Part shown: one piece after another, positions 19,804 through 29,526 of the stretch | Layout of the letters: the number at the start of each line of letters is the position of its first letter | Numbering within the stretch: position 1 is the first letter of the stretch | DNA from: an uncultured Actinomycetes bacterium | GTDB lineage: Bacteria; Actinomycetota; Thermoleophilia; UBA2241 | NCBI GenBank assembly: GCA_963725665.1 | Contig: CAVRZA010000011.1 | Location: 224,001 to 288,000, forward strand | Direction: 5' to 3' | DNA length: 64,000 nucleotides | The notes under the pieces: model-generated | Database searches by the model: none | Told to the model about the DNA's origin: nothing | The model's input: only the letters and a program-made list of their open reading frames with translations | Position numbers and translations under genes: made by a program

Positions 19804-20802
19804 CTAGTCGCCGGCCGTCGCCTCCACGGGCGTGGGCACCTCACCCAGCAGGCGTTCGACGACGCCCTCCGGCTGGCGCCGTGCGACGACGGCATCGCGC
19901 GCGAGCAGCAGCCGGTGCGCCAGCACGCGCACGGCAAGCCCGGTGACGTCGTCCGGAATGACGTAGGGCCGCCCCGCCAGGGCTGCCGACGCCTGGGCGA
20001 CCTTCATGAGGGCCAGCGCCGCGCGGGGGCTCGCGCCCAGCAACAAGTCGCGCGCCGCGCGTGTCGCGCGCACGAGGTCGACGATGTAGCGCTCGACATC
20101 GGCGTTGACGTGCACGGCGCGCGCCGCATCGCGCGCCGCCAGCAGGTCGTCCGCGCCGGCGACGGGCCTGACCCCTGTCAATGGGTCGCCGGCGCGAAAG
20201 CGTGTGAGGATCGCTACCTCCTCCTCCTGCGTCGGGTAGCCCATGCGCAGCTTCATGAGGAAGCGGTCGAGCTGCGCCTCGGGCAGTGGGAAGGTCCCCT
20301 TGAGCTCAACGGGGTTCTGCGTCGCCAGGACGAGGAAGGGGCGGGGCAGGGGATACGAGGTTCCCTCGACCGTCACCTGGCGCTCCTCCATCGCCTCGAG
20401 GAAGCTCGACTGGGTCCGCGGCGTGGCCCGGTTGATCTCGTCGGCCAGCACGAGATTGGCGAAGATGGGGCCCGGCCTGAACTCGAACTCACTCGTGCGT
20501 TGGTCGAAGACCTCGCTGCCGGTGACGTCGCCGGGCAAGAGGTCCGGCGTGCACTGCACGCGAGAGAAGCGCAAGCCGAGCGAGGCGGCGAGGGTGCGCA
20601 CGAGAAGCGTCTTGGCGACGCCGGGGACGTCGTCGATGAGCACGTGGCCCTCGGCGAGCAGCGCCACGAGGAGCAGGCGGATCTGCTCGTGCTTGCCGAC
20701 GATGACCTGCTCGACCGCGCCGGCCACGTCGCGGCCGAGCCGCTCGACACTCTGCACGGCGCCGCTGGTCTGGGCGCGCTCGTCGACAGGGACGGCGTCC
20801 AC
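19804..20802 (-). CDS. moxR: MoxR family AAA+ ATPase
   Basis: GHVLIDDVPGVAKT, RVQCTPDLLPGD, LADEINRATPRTQS, ATQNP, LPEAQLDRF; GTG 20802 after GGAGGAGG. Confidence 0.93.
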   Translation of the reverse strand: MDAVPVDERAQTSGAVQSVERLGRDVAGAVEQVIVGKHEQIRLLLVALLAEGHVLIDDVPGVAKTLLVRTLAASLGLRFSRVQCTPDLLPGDVTGSEVFDQRTSEFEFRPGPIFANLVLADEINRATPRTQSSFLEAMEERQVTVEGTSYPLPRPFLVLATQNPVELKGTFPLPEAQLDRFLMKLRMGYPTQEEEVAILTRFRAGDPLTGVRPVAGADDLLAARDAARAVHVNADVERYIVDLVRATRAARDLLLGASPRAALALMKVAQASAALAGRPYVIPDDVTGLAVRVLAHRLLLARDAVVARRQPEGVVERLLGEVPTPVEATAGD

Positions 20803-20900
20803 GAGTCCTCCTCCGGGAGTGGGGCTCATGCCCCGGGGCTAATCCTCTTCCATCGCGCTGAGGCCCGCAAACGGAGCCCGTGCGACATCGCACGCTGCCG

Positions 20901-20972
20901 GCGGCTGCGCGGCCCTCACGAGAAGGCGTGGCGGCAGCGCGGCCCTCACGAGAAGGCGTGGCGGCAGCGCGG
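20901..20972. repeat. 30-bp tandem repeat (about 2.4 copies)
   Basis: GCGGCWGCGCGGCCCTCACGAGAAGGCGTG repeated, just downstream of tRNA-Asp. Confidence 0.85.
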
Positions 20973-21024
20973 GTACCCTCAGGAGCGAGAAGAGCCCGGC
21001 GGGAGGAGACGACCGGTGAGGGTG

Positions 21025-21101
21025 TGGCGGGAGCGACGAGACTCGAACTCGCGACCTCCGGCGTGACAGGCCGGCGTTCTAACCAGCTGAACTACGCCCC
21101 C
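21025..21101 (-). tRNA. tRNA-Asp(GTC)
   Basis: GGGGGCGTAGTTCAGCTGGTTAGAACGCCGGCCT-GTC-ACGCCGGAGGTCGCGAGTTCGAGTCTCGTCGCTCCCGCCA; cloverleaf with encoded CCA. Confidence 0.97.
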
Positions 21102-21286
21102 GCGTAAAGGAGCCTTCCCGCCGTGCTATCGACAGCGGCGAGAGGCGAGTCGGTAGTGTAGCAAATCGGGGCGCGGCCGGGAAAGTAGCGGGCAGCTGTC
21201 ACGGAGCCGGGCGGCGGCGCGCGTCGCTGCGCGACGCGCGCCGCCGCCCCGGGCACAAAGAACACACCGGCGAACAAGGAGCCGCC

Positions 21287-21870
21287 ATGCCCACGTCGCC
21301 AGCCGAGATGATGGCCGCCATCATCCGCAACCTGCCGCAGAAGACCGGCAAAGACATCCAGGAGTGGATGACCATCGCACGCTCCGACGCCGTAGGGCGG
21401 CTTGCGAGCCGGAAGGAGAAGATCGCCTACCTGCAGCGCGAGTACGGTCTCGGGCACGGGCAGGCGCAGACGATCCTCTGGGAAGCCGAGAAGCCCGACG
21501 ACTACGTGCCCCCGGCGACGAGGAGCTGCTTGCCGGGCAGTACGCTGGAGAGAAGCACCAGCTCCTCCCCATAGCCCAGAAGCTTATTGCGACCGCACGG
21601 TCCCTCGGCGACGACGTGTCGGTCGAGATGCGCCAGACCTACGTCTCGTTTGTCCGCCAACGACAGTTCGCCCTCGTGCAGCCGACGACGCGCGCCACCG
21701 TCGACCTCGGGCTCGTGCTGCCCGGTCACGAGCCGGCCGAGCGGCTCCGCCCGGCCGGCTCCTTCGGTAGTGGGCGCACGACGCACAGGGTCACGTTGGG
21801 CTCCCTCGACGAGATCGACGACCAGGTGCGCGAATGGCTGCGCGCTGCCTACGCGGGCGACGCAAGCTAA
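21287..21870 (+). CDS. DUF4287-DUF5655 family protein (single frameshift near 21510)
   Basis: AAGGAG RBS; NLPQKTGK..EW..L..EYGLGHGQA, then a shift in a C-run to YAGEK..QTYVSF.RQRQFA..THRV....DEIDD.V..WLRAAY. Confidence 0.75.
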
Positions 21871-22081
21871 GCAAGCGCCGAGCTCGACGAGTCGGTCTCC
21901 GATCTCGCGCGGTGCTCCTCTGCCCACGCCGCGCGCGAGAGGTGACAAGCGACGCGGGCCGAACCGTAGAGTGGACCCGGGGTGTCACCGAACTCGCATC
22001 CGCCCATCGACAGGTCCCGGGCGTGTTGAGCGTCCAACAGGTTTAGGGAGGCGGCACACGGTGGTAAGCCGGTCAAGGGTC

Positions 22082-22933
22082 ATGGGAATCGATTGGCGGC
22101 ATGGTCTTCGACTCGACAGTCGGGTGCGCGCGTACGCGTGGCCCGTTTTCTTCGTCTCCGTGGTGGTCGATCTTGCCCTCGTCGCCCTGTTCCGCGACTA
22201 CACGTCGTCGGTGGGGGCCGCGCAGCTCCTCGAGCCCGCCCTGACCATCGCCGTGCTGGGGGTGGCCCTCTTCGCCGGTCCGCTGTTCGGCCTGACGGCG
22301 GCCCTGTTCCTGGGCACCGTCTTCTACTGCTTCCTCGCGTCGCTCCCGGGAGCGTCTGAGATCGGCTTCACCTTGGGCGCGATCGCCCTCTGGTCGGGCG
22401 CCGCCGTGGCGCTGGGTGTGCTCGCCGACAGGCGGCGGGGGAGGACCGAGGAGATCGAACGTACACTGGGACGCAAGGTGGTCATCCCCTTGCCGGTGAG
22501 CAGCGCCGTCGAACTGCGCGCCGCGCTACGCGCCCTGCTCCGCAGCCACGAGATGGACGAGGGCCAGGGCGAGATGGTGGTCCTGGCCACGCAGGAGGCC
22601 TACAACAATGCCGTCGTCCATCCCCCCGGCGTCGTCGAGGTCTCGGCGCAGGTGTTCGAGCAGGTCGTGGATGTCGAGGTACGCGACAAGGGACCGGGCT
22701 TCGAGCCCGCTGCCGTCGTGACAGCGGCGGAACCGGAGCTGCTCGAAGACCACGGCAGGGGCCTCTTTCTCATACACAGGCTCATGGACCACGTCGACAT
22801 CGACTCCGGCCGTCAGGGCACCACAGTGAGAATGAGCAAGCAGCTCGGCCGCCCGGACGATGGGGTACCGCAATCCGATCGCTCGCGCTTGCGACCGCTC
22901 GGCCGGCTGCTCTCGCGCGAACGCACGGCGTGA
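22082..22933 (+). CDS. membrane-anchored RsbW/HATPase_c_2-like (anti-sigma-type) ATP-binding protein
   Basis: Four N-terminal TM segments; LATQEAYNNAVVH, VRDKGPGF, GRGLFLIHRLMD, GTTVRM. Confidence 0.8.
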   Translation: MGIDWRHGLRLDSRVRAYAWPVFFVSVVVDLALVALFRDYTSSVGAAQLLEPALTIAVLGVALFAGPLFGLTAALFLGTVFYCFLASLPGASEIGFTLGAIALWSGAAVALGVLADRRRGRTEEIERTLGRKVVIPLPVSSAVELRAALRALLRSHEMDEGQGEMVVLATQEAYNNAVVHPPGVVEVSAQVFEQVVDVEVRDKGPGFEPAAVVTAAEPELLEDHGRGLFLIHRLMDHVDIDSGRQGTTVRMSKQLGRPDDGVPQSDRSRLRPLGRLLSRERTA

Positions 22934-22990
22934 GATACGGGATGGCGAGGGGGACGAGGCGGCCACGCGCGACCGCCGCACATGGGGTCG

Positions 22991-23066
22991 TGGTGGGCGA
23001 TGGTGGATTTGAACCACCGACCCCTTGCTTGTAAGGCAAGTGCTCTTACCCCTGAGCTAATCGCCC
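22991..23066 (-). tRNA. tRNA-Val(TAC)
   Basis: GGGCGATTAGCTCAGGGGTAAGAGCACTTGCCT-TAC-AAGCAAGGGGTCGGTGGTTCAAATCCACCATCGCCCACCA; TATAAT upstream at about 23145-23150. Confidence 0.97.
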
Positions 23067-23193
23067 TGCAGACCGCGGCGTCGCTGACCCCGGGACCGTG
23101 CGAAGCGGCTCGCCGATCGACGACGGCGCTTGGACCCGGAGCCGATTATACAGGGGGCCAGAGTCGCGGCCGACTCGTTCCGCTGGGTCGAGG

Positions 23194-24045
23194 GTGACCG
23201 CAGAGGCGGTTTACGCGGGGCCTCGAACCAGGGATGCTACAGGCACCGTGGGACAGCCGTCACAGGAGAGCGCCGCGCCGACGCCGACCGTCGCCGAAGG
23301 CAAAGTCGGCGTCGAGAACCTGACCTACATCGCCGCGCGTCCGGGTGAGGCTTCGCGTACTATCCTCAGCGACGTCACCTTCAGCGTGCCCGCGGCGCGC
23401 ATCTTCACCGTCCTCGGCCCCTCGGGCTCCGGCAAGAGCACCCTCCTGCGCTGCGTCAACCGCCTCCTCGAACCGACCTCTGGGCGCGTGCTCCTGGACG
23501 GGCAGCCCGTCGGCGGACTGCCCGTCCAGGAGCTCCGGCGCCGCGTCGGCATGGTCTTCCAGACCGCGGCGCTCTTCGAGGGCACGGTCGCCGACAACGT
23601 CCTCTTCGGTCCGCGCCTGCGCAAGGAGCCGGCGACGACCGATGCCACCTCGGCGCGCGCGCTGGCGTGCGACCTGCTGCAGCGCGTGGGCCTGCCGCAG
23701 GACTTCTACGCCAAGCCCACCGCAGAGCTATCGGGCGGCGAGGCCCAGCGCGTGTCGCTGGCGCGCGCACTCGCCAACCGTCCCGAGGTCCTGCTGCTCG
23801 ACGAGCCCACGGCGTCACTCGACCCCAGCGCCAGCCTGCACGTCGAGCGTCTGCTCCTGCAGCTCGCCGACGAGACCGACCTCACCTTCCTCTTCGTCAC
23901 CCACAACCTCGAGCAGGCCCGTCGCATCGGCGACACGGCTCTCCTGCTCGTGGACGGGCGCGTCGTCGAACAGGGACCCCTGGTGGACCTGATGGGCGAT
24001 CCCGAGAAGGAGACGACGAGACTCTTCATGGAGGGAAAGCTGTGA
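23194..24045 (+). CDS. ABC ATPase (FetA/PstB-like)
   Basis: GPSGSGKS, LSGGEAQRV, LLLDEPT; start uncertain. Confidence 0.88.
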   Translation: MTAEAVYAGPRTRDATGTVGQPSQESAAPTPTVAEGKVGVENLTYIAARPGEASRTILSDVTFSVPAARIFTVLGPSGSGKSTLLRCVNRLLEPTSGRVLLDGQPVGGLPVQELRRRVGMVFQTAALFEGTVADNVLFGPRLRKEPATTDATSARALACDLLQRVGLPQDFYAKPTAELSGGEAQRVSLARALANRPEVLLLDEPTASLDPSASLHVERLLLQLADETDLTFLFVTHNLEQARRIGDTALLLVDGRVVEQGPLVDLMGDPEKETTRLFMEGKL

Positions 24046-24061
24046 ACGCGAAGGAGATGCC

Positions 24062-24874
24062 GTGAACCTGCTCGCCAACGTGGCAGCCGCCACCCCCGGA
24101 AGCACCTCGCACTTCAGCTTTCTCAACGTCGCCACGGCGATCGTCATGGTGGCCGTGGCGGTGGCGCTCTCGCTGTGGCAGGGCCTCGACCTCGAGCGCG
24201 ACATCCTCGTCGCCTCGCTGCGCGCCTTCCTGCAGCTGATGGCGATCGGCTACGTCATCGACTTCATCTTCGGCACGGAGAGCCTCGCTCTCGTGCTCCT
24301 CATGATCGTGGCCATGGTCGTCTTCGCCGGCTTCACGTCGGGGCGCCGGCTGCGCGGCTTGCCGCACAACTACTGGATCGCGACCGGCGTCATCGGCGCG
24401 GCGTCGGCGCTCACGCTGGTCCTTATGGTCGTGCTGGGCATCATCTCGACCGAGGCGCGCTACCTCATCCCCATCGGCGGCATGGTCGTGGGCAACAGCA
24501 TGAACGTGGCGTCGGTGACGGGGGTGCGCCTGCTGGAGGACTCTTCCTCTCAGCGGGCCCTGATCGAGGCGGCGCTTGCCCTCGGCGCGGCTCCGCGTCA
24601 GGCGGCCCACCCGGTGCTGCGGCGCTCGATACGGCTGGCGATGATCCCCATCGTCGACAACACGAAGACGATGGGGATCGTCTTTCTGCCCGGAGCCATG
24701 ACGGGGATGATCATCGCCGGCGCCCAGCCCCTCGACGCCGTGCGCCTGCAGGTGGTGATCATGTACATGCTGCTCGCCGCCGTCGCGGTCACGGCCACTC
24801 TCATCGGGCTCGCCGTCGTCGGCCGCCTCTTCACCGAACACCAGCAGCTGCGGCGTATCGAGAGCGCCGCCTGA
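24062..24874 (+). CDS. fetB: ABC permease, FetB/UPF0014 family
   Basis: RAFLQL..IGY, YLIPIGGMVVGNSM, GIVFLPGAMTGMIIAG..P..AV..Q. Confidence 0.85.
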   Translation: MNLLANVAAATPGSTSHFSFLNVATAIVMVAVAVALSLWQGLDLERDILVASLRAFLQLMAIGYVIDFIFGTESLALVLLMIVAMVVFAGFTSGRRLRGLPHNYWIATGVIGAASALTLVLMVVLGIISTEARYLIPIGGMVVGNSMNVASVTGVRLLEDSSSQRALIEAALALGAAPRQAAHPVLRRSIRLAMIPIVDNTKTMGIVFLPGAMTGMIIAGAQPLDAVRLQVVIMYMLLAAVAVTATLIGLAVVGRLFTEHQQLRRIESAA

Positions 24875-24896
24875 GCAGCGTGGTGGCCAAAGAAGA

Positions 24897-24926
24897 GGGC
24901 GGGCGGCCCCTTCGGGCCGCCCGCCC
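24897..24926. terminator. bidirectional intrinsic terminator
   Basis: 13-bp stem GGGCGGGCGGCCC-CTTC-GGGCCGCCCGCCC with T-rich tails on both strands, between convergent genes. Confidence 0.8.
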
Positions 24927-24972
24927 CATTTTGCCCGCTCGCGGATCCCGCGGATCAGTCGTCATCCCGCGA

Positions 24973-27565
24973 TCAGTGCAAGGGCAGCTGCTGCCACGAT
25001 CCCGGGACGATCTGCGTGGTGGTGGTTAACGTGGTGATCGCGGTGTTCGTCACCGCGTCGATGATCGACTGCTGATAGGCGACGCTCGCGGCGCCTCTCA
25101 GCCAGATGTCGTACACCGACGGGCTGGTGCCGCTCTTGTAGGGCGTCCCGTTGAACACCGCGCCGCGGACCTGCGGCGTATTCGCGTTGGTGCCGTAGAT
25201 CTCCATGCAGGCCTCCATGACGACCATGAGCCCGTTGAACGTGCCCAGAAAAGGCCTGCTGGTGTCGTAGTCGCCCAGAAGCATTGTGTTCGAGTAGAGC
25301 GAGTCGTTGTCGCACATCATGTAGTAGACCATGGGCTTCGCGTCTGTACCGAAGTCGACCTTGCCGGTGATCTCCGTCTTCTCGGTGGTGGCCAGGAGCG
25401 GGCACATGATCGTGCACGCGGTGCCGGAAGTCGGTCCCGTGACCTGCCACGCCACGTCGCTGGTGCCGGCGTTGCCCGTCAACCACACGTCGCCGTAGAC
25501 GTCGTTGAACGTGCCGCTGCGATCGAGGATCGTGAGCCACATCGGGCCGGGCGCCGCGAGGCCGTTCGTGTAGTCGGTCGTCCGCACCGACGCGGTGCCG
25601 CTCCAGGTGGTAATGGCGGAGTCGCCGCCCGCCCAGATCTTCCCGAACTGGTCGATGACGGCCGAGGTGGCGCCGCTGATCGTGAAGTCACCGAACACGA
25701 CGAGAGCCGTGGCCCTGGCCGTGGTGTTGCCCGTCAGGCTGAGGTTGCCGGCCGCGTAGAGGAGGCCGGTCTGGGTGAGGGTGTTGCTGAACGTCAGGGG
25801 CCCAGCCGCGTAGATTGACGACGCGGCGTTGAGCGTCACGGTGCCCGACACGCTGCTGGCGCCCGTGCCCGCCACATAGAGGAGTCCGTTGATCTGGTCG
25901 GTGACCGCCGAGGTGGCGCCGCTGATGGTGAGGGCCCCGCCCGCGTAGACGAACGTCGCTGTGAGCGCCGTGTTGCCGGTCAGGCTGAGGGCGCCGGTGG
26001 TGTAGAGGGGCGCGGTGGTCGTGGCGGTGTTGCTCAACGTCAGCGCTCCGGCTCGCGTAGATGGACGACGCGACGTTCAGCGTCACGGTGCCCGACACGC
26101 TGCTGGCGCCGGTGCCGGCCACGTAGAGCGACCCGACCTGGTCGGTGACCGCCGAGCTGGCGCCGCTGACCGTCAGAGTCCCGCTGCAGTAGGCGGACCC
26201 GGCGACGGTGACCGCCGAGTTGCCCGATACAGCGAGGTTGCCCTTCACGTACAGCTGCGCGGCCGACGTGGCCGTGTTGCTGAGCGTGAGGGCGCCGTTG
26301 GTGAAGAAGGACGACCCGACGTTGAACGTCACCTTGTTCGCCACGCTGCTGGCGCTGGTGCTGCCCACGTAGACGGCCCCTGAGATCTGGTCCGTGATGG
26401 CCGTGGCCGTGGTGTTGTTGAAGGTGATGGTGCCACCCACGCGCAGGAACCCGGTCACCACGAGTGTTACCGGGCCAGTGACGGAGAGGTTACCCGTGAC
26501 GTAGAGGTCCTTGAAGTAGAGCGTGCGGGCGGTCGCGCGGTTGATGGTGATGTTCGTGGCTGCTGGCGGTCTTCACACTCGTGTTCTGGTAGGTCGTGTA
26601 GGCCGTGGTCGTACTGGAGTTTTGGATGTTGGTGATGTCTGTCGCTGTCAGCGTCGTGGTAGGCGTGGGCGACGGCGTCGACGGCTGCGTCGGCGCCGTC
26701 GGCGCCGTCGGCGCCGCCGGCGCCGCGGCGTGCGACTCGCCCACCTGCGCCTCGTCTCCCAGGTCGGCCTGGGCTGCCTGGTCGAAGTAGTCGCTGAGCA
26801 GGCCGATCCCTCCGATCAGCGTCCCGGCGAACTTGCCCGTCGGTGTGACAGAGCCGTTCACGTCGATGTTGACCGACTGGACGGTGGAGCTCGGCACGGC
26901 CAGGTTCGCCGTCGAGTTGGCCTTGAAGTCCTGGGCGCCGGAAGCGCTGTACTTGCCGCCGCCCGCCATGACGGTGGTCGCCCACGCGCCGCCGTAGTTC
27001 GCGGGCAGGTAGGGCGTGGTGCCATCGTTCTCCACTGCGAACACGTCGCTTGTGCCGTCGAGCTAGATCCCCGTGTCGCTGTACACGATGGCCTTCGGGA
27101 ACGACTTGACCACCGATTCTGTGTCGACTGGCGCACGAGCACGCGCATGCGGGTCGTCCTGCCCTGGTACGTCACCGTGACCTCGACCCAGACGATGCCG
27201 TCGCCGTTCGAGTCCCACCAAATACCGGTGTTGACCGGCGTCAGGTTGTCGTACACCGCGAACCCGGTCAGCGTCGCCCCCGCCGGGAACCCGGCGGCCA
27301 CCAGGGCGGCCTGGACCTCGGACTCCGGCAGCCACTCACCACCCGCGCTGGTCACCGGGATGGTCTTGGTCTTCGCCAGCGTGACGGCGGCGTCCAGCGC
27401 GCCTTCCGCGTAGTACAGCGAGGTCTTGCGCGTCCGCTCCATGGCCGTGGCCCCCTGCTGGTTGCCGATGGCCATGACGAGGGTCGCCGCGATGATCGCC
27501 AGCGTGGCGATGATGCCGAGCAGCAAGATGAGCGCGGCCCCCGTTTCCCTCCCATGCCTCTCCAT
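24973..27565 (-). CDS. large PilX-like pilus-associated protein with internal beta-rich repeats (about 860 aa; three frameshifts and one in-frame TAG)
   Basis: N-terminus ETGAALILLLGIIATL..AEGALD of PilX type. Segments join across shifts near 27120, 26558 and 26050 and across a TAG at 27063-27065. Roughly 82-aa Thr/Gly/Ala repeats. Confidence 0.65.
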
Positions 27566-27574
27566 TGCTGCCCC

Positions 27575-28294
27575 CTAGTTGCTGTTGCGCAGGCGCACTG
27601 TGGTCGTGAGGTCGACGGCGACAGGCGGCCGTTGCAGGTTGGCGTCTACGATGACCCGCACCTGTACCGCCTCGATGGCGACAAGATCGCCGCCCGTCAC
27701 CGTGTCAGTCCTGGTGAAGCCGGAGGTGGTGAGGTACCAGTAGGTGAAGATGGCCGTGTACGCAGTGGCCGGAGTCACGTGGGTGTTCGCGATGCTGCGG
27801 TTCACGACGTTGGTCCCCAGGACTATCTTGCGGTCCGCGGCGTCGATCGCACCGTTGCCGTTGGTGTCGCGCTGCCAGTACAGCGTCTTCTGCGGCTTGG
27901 ATCCGCTCGTGTCAAGCCAGATCCGGGTCAGCAGCAAAGCTCCCGTACCGCTCCCCTCGTTGGAGACTCCAGGCTGGTTGTACGCCGAGTAGAACAGCGC
28001 CTCCATCGGCTGGGCTGTGACGAACAGTGCCGGGGAGGCGGTGGGAGTGGGCGTCGCGGTAGGCAGGGTCGTGGGCTGGCAGTCGCGCAGCTCACTCGAG
28101 ATGCGGCTTATCGCATCGCGCGCCGTTCCGCGTGCCGAATTCGACGTCAGCGCGTAGACGGAGGACTTCTGCAGGTTGATCCACCCCATGATCAGCATGG
28201 CGGAGACGATCCCCATGATGGTGATCGCGATGAGGAGCTCGACGAGCGTAATGCCCGTCTGGGACGCACGCTTCTCTTCTAGCGAGGGATACAT
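27575..28294 (-). CDS. type IV prepilin-like protein (PilW-like)
   Basis: Class III signal G|ITLVELLIAITIMGIV; ISSELR; YW; C-terminal TVRLRN. Confidence 0.85.
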   Translation of the reverse strand: MYPSLEEKRASQTGITLVELLIAITIMGIVSAMLIMGWINLQKSSVYALTSNSARGTARDAISRISSELRDCQPTTLPTATPTPTASPALFVTAQPMEALFYSAYNQPGVSNEGSGTGALLLTRIWLDTSGSKPQKTLYWQRDTNGNGAIDAADRKIVLGTNVVNRSIANTHVTPATAYTAIFTYWYLTTSGFTRTDTVTGGDLVAIEAVQVRVIVDANLQRPPVAVDLTTTVRLRNSN

Positions 28295-28301
28295 GGCCGC
28301 C

Positions 28302-29108
28302 TCACGATCCGCCGGGGTTGGTGTCGAACTTGAGGCGGGCGCTCTTGAGCAAGTGGAACGGAGGTGACGTGAAGGGGGTGCTACCGCTCTGCCACTTGCT
28401 GCTGTAGCAGGTCACCGTGTACGTGTAGGTTGCTCCTCCGGTCAGCCCTGTGAAGCTCACCGTCTGGCTGCTGCTGGTCGGCCATATGTGGGTCGAGGTG
28501 ACGGTATTGCCAGCGGTGTCTACCCGGGTCCAGTAGACGCCCTTGCTGGCGCTCTGGATGACATCCGCCCAGTTCTTGAACGACACGGTGATCGACAGGT
28601 TGGTGGTCGGCAGGGGACCTGTAGGGCCCCCCGTGTCGACGGAGACGATGCCGGGCGCGGGATCCTTGACGATGGTCTCCATGGTCGTTGTAAAGCCGTG
28701 ATCGGCCGGCGTCACGCTGATCGCGATCTTCTGAGCGTTGACCTGTGGCTGGACAACGTACTGGACCGTGTAGGGCCTCTGGCCCGTCAGGGTGTAGGAG
28801 GTCCCGAAGCGGCCGTCACCGAAGGCGCTCGCCGGACTTGGGGGGTTGTTCAGGTTCGAGTGCGATATGTCCGCGTAGTTCAGCAGGCGCACCTGTTCGA
28901 TGCGGTCTTGCGCGATGAGCTGGGCGTCGTTGCGCCGCGCGTCGCGCGCCGTCGTGCTCAAGGCGTTGACGAAGAACGGCACCATGGCTGCGAAGACGAT
29001 CCCCGCGACGACGAGCGTGATCAGCAATTCGATCAGGCTGAAGCCTGCCGCAAGGGTGTGGCTCAGCGCAGCCTTTGAGTGTGGCGCCCGCATGACCCGT
29101 CCGTCCAT
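28302..29108 (-). CDS. type IV prepilin-like protein (PilV-like)
   Basis: G|FSLIELLITLVVAGIV; A..IAQDRIEQVR; start at 29108 or 29093. Confidence 0.85.
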   Translation of the reverse strand: MDGRVMRAPHSKAALSHTLAAGFSLIELLITLVVAGIVFAAMVPFFVNALSTTARDARRNDAQLIAQDRIEQVRLLNYADISHSNLNNPPSPASAFGDGRFGTSYTLTGQRPYTVQYVVQPQVNAQKIAISVTPADHGFTTTMETIVKDPAPGIVSVDTGGPTGPLPTTNLSITVSFKNWADVIQSASKGVYWTRVDTAGNTVTSTHIWPTSSSQTVSFTGLTGGATYTYTVTCYSSKWQSGSTPFTSPPFHLLKSARLKFDTNPGGS

Positions 29109-29231
29109 CTCCGCCTCTCTTGCCCCCTGATCGCCCAACACAGGCTCGATCATCTCCGCATCGCCTCCGAGATCGGTGCGCCCTTTCCCAGAAACACTGC
29201 GTCGGCTAAGGGATCGTCCCTGCCAGGATAG

Positions 29232-29259
29232 ATATCGGCCGCTGAGCGCCATATGTTGA
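29232..29259 (-). promoter_or_regulatory. sigma28 (FliA/WhiG)-type promoter, proximal
   Basis: TCAA-N16-GCCGATAT. Confidence 0.6.
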
Positions 29260-29339
29260 CGCCCGGCACAGGCTTCTGTAGGCGGTCTTGACGACATGCA
29301 GCGACCGTGCCTCCGATGCAAGGGAGAGTCCCAAAAGAG

Positions 29340-29366
29340 ATATCGGCAGGCGAGTGGCCGACCTGA
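29340..29366 (-). promoter_or_regulatory. sigma28 (FliA/WhiG)-type promoter, distal
   Basis: TCAG-N15-GCCGATAT. Confidence 0.6.
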
Positions 29367-29526
29367 GGTGCGGGGTGGAGTTGTGTTGCCTGAAGCGGCG
29401 TCGAGGCACGGCGGCTCGCGGAGCCGCCGAGACGCCGCCTTCAGGCGAGTGGCGGCAGGCTCGGCCTGAGCGCGGCGGCAGCGACTTTCAGGCCGGGCAG
29501 TCGCCGGCCGGCGGTTCGCGCGAACG

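Noticed and set aside
20901-20972. CRISPR array
   Set aside because: The repeats are contiguous with no spacers, and there are no cas genes.
21025-23066. tRNA-anchored prophage or ICE
   Set aside because: No integrase, att duplication or compositional shift seen.
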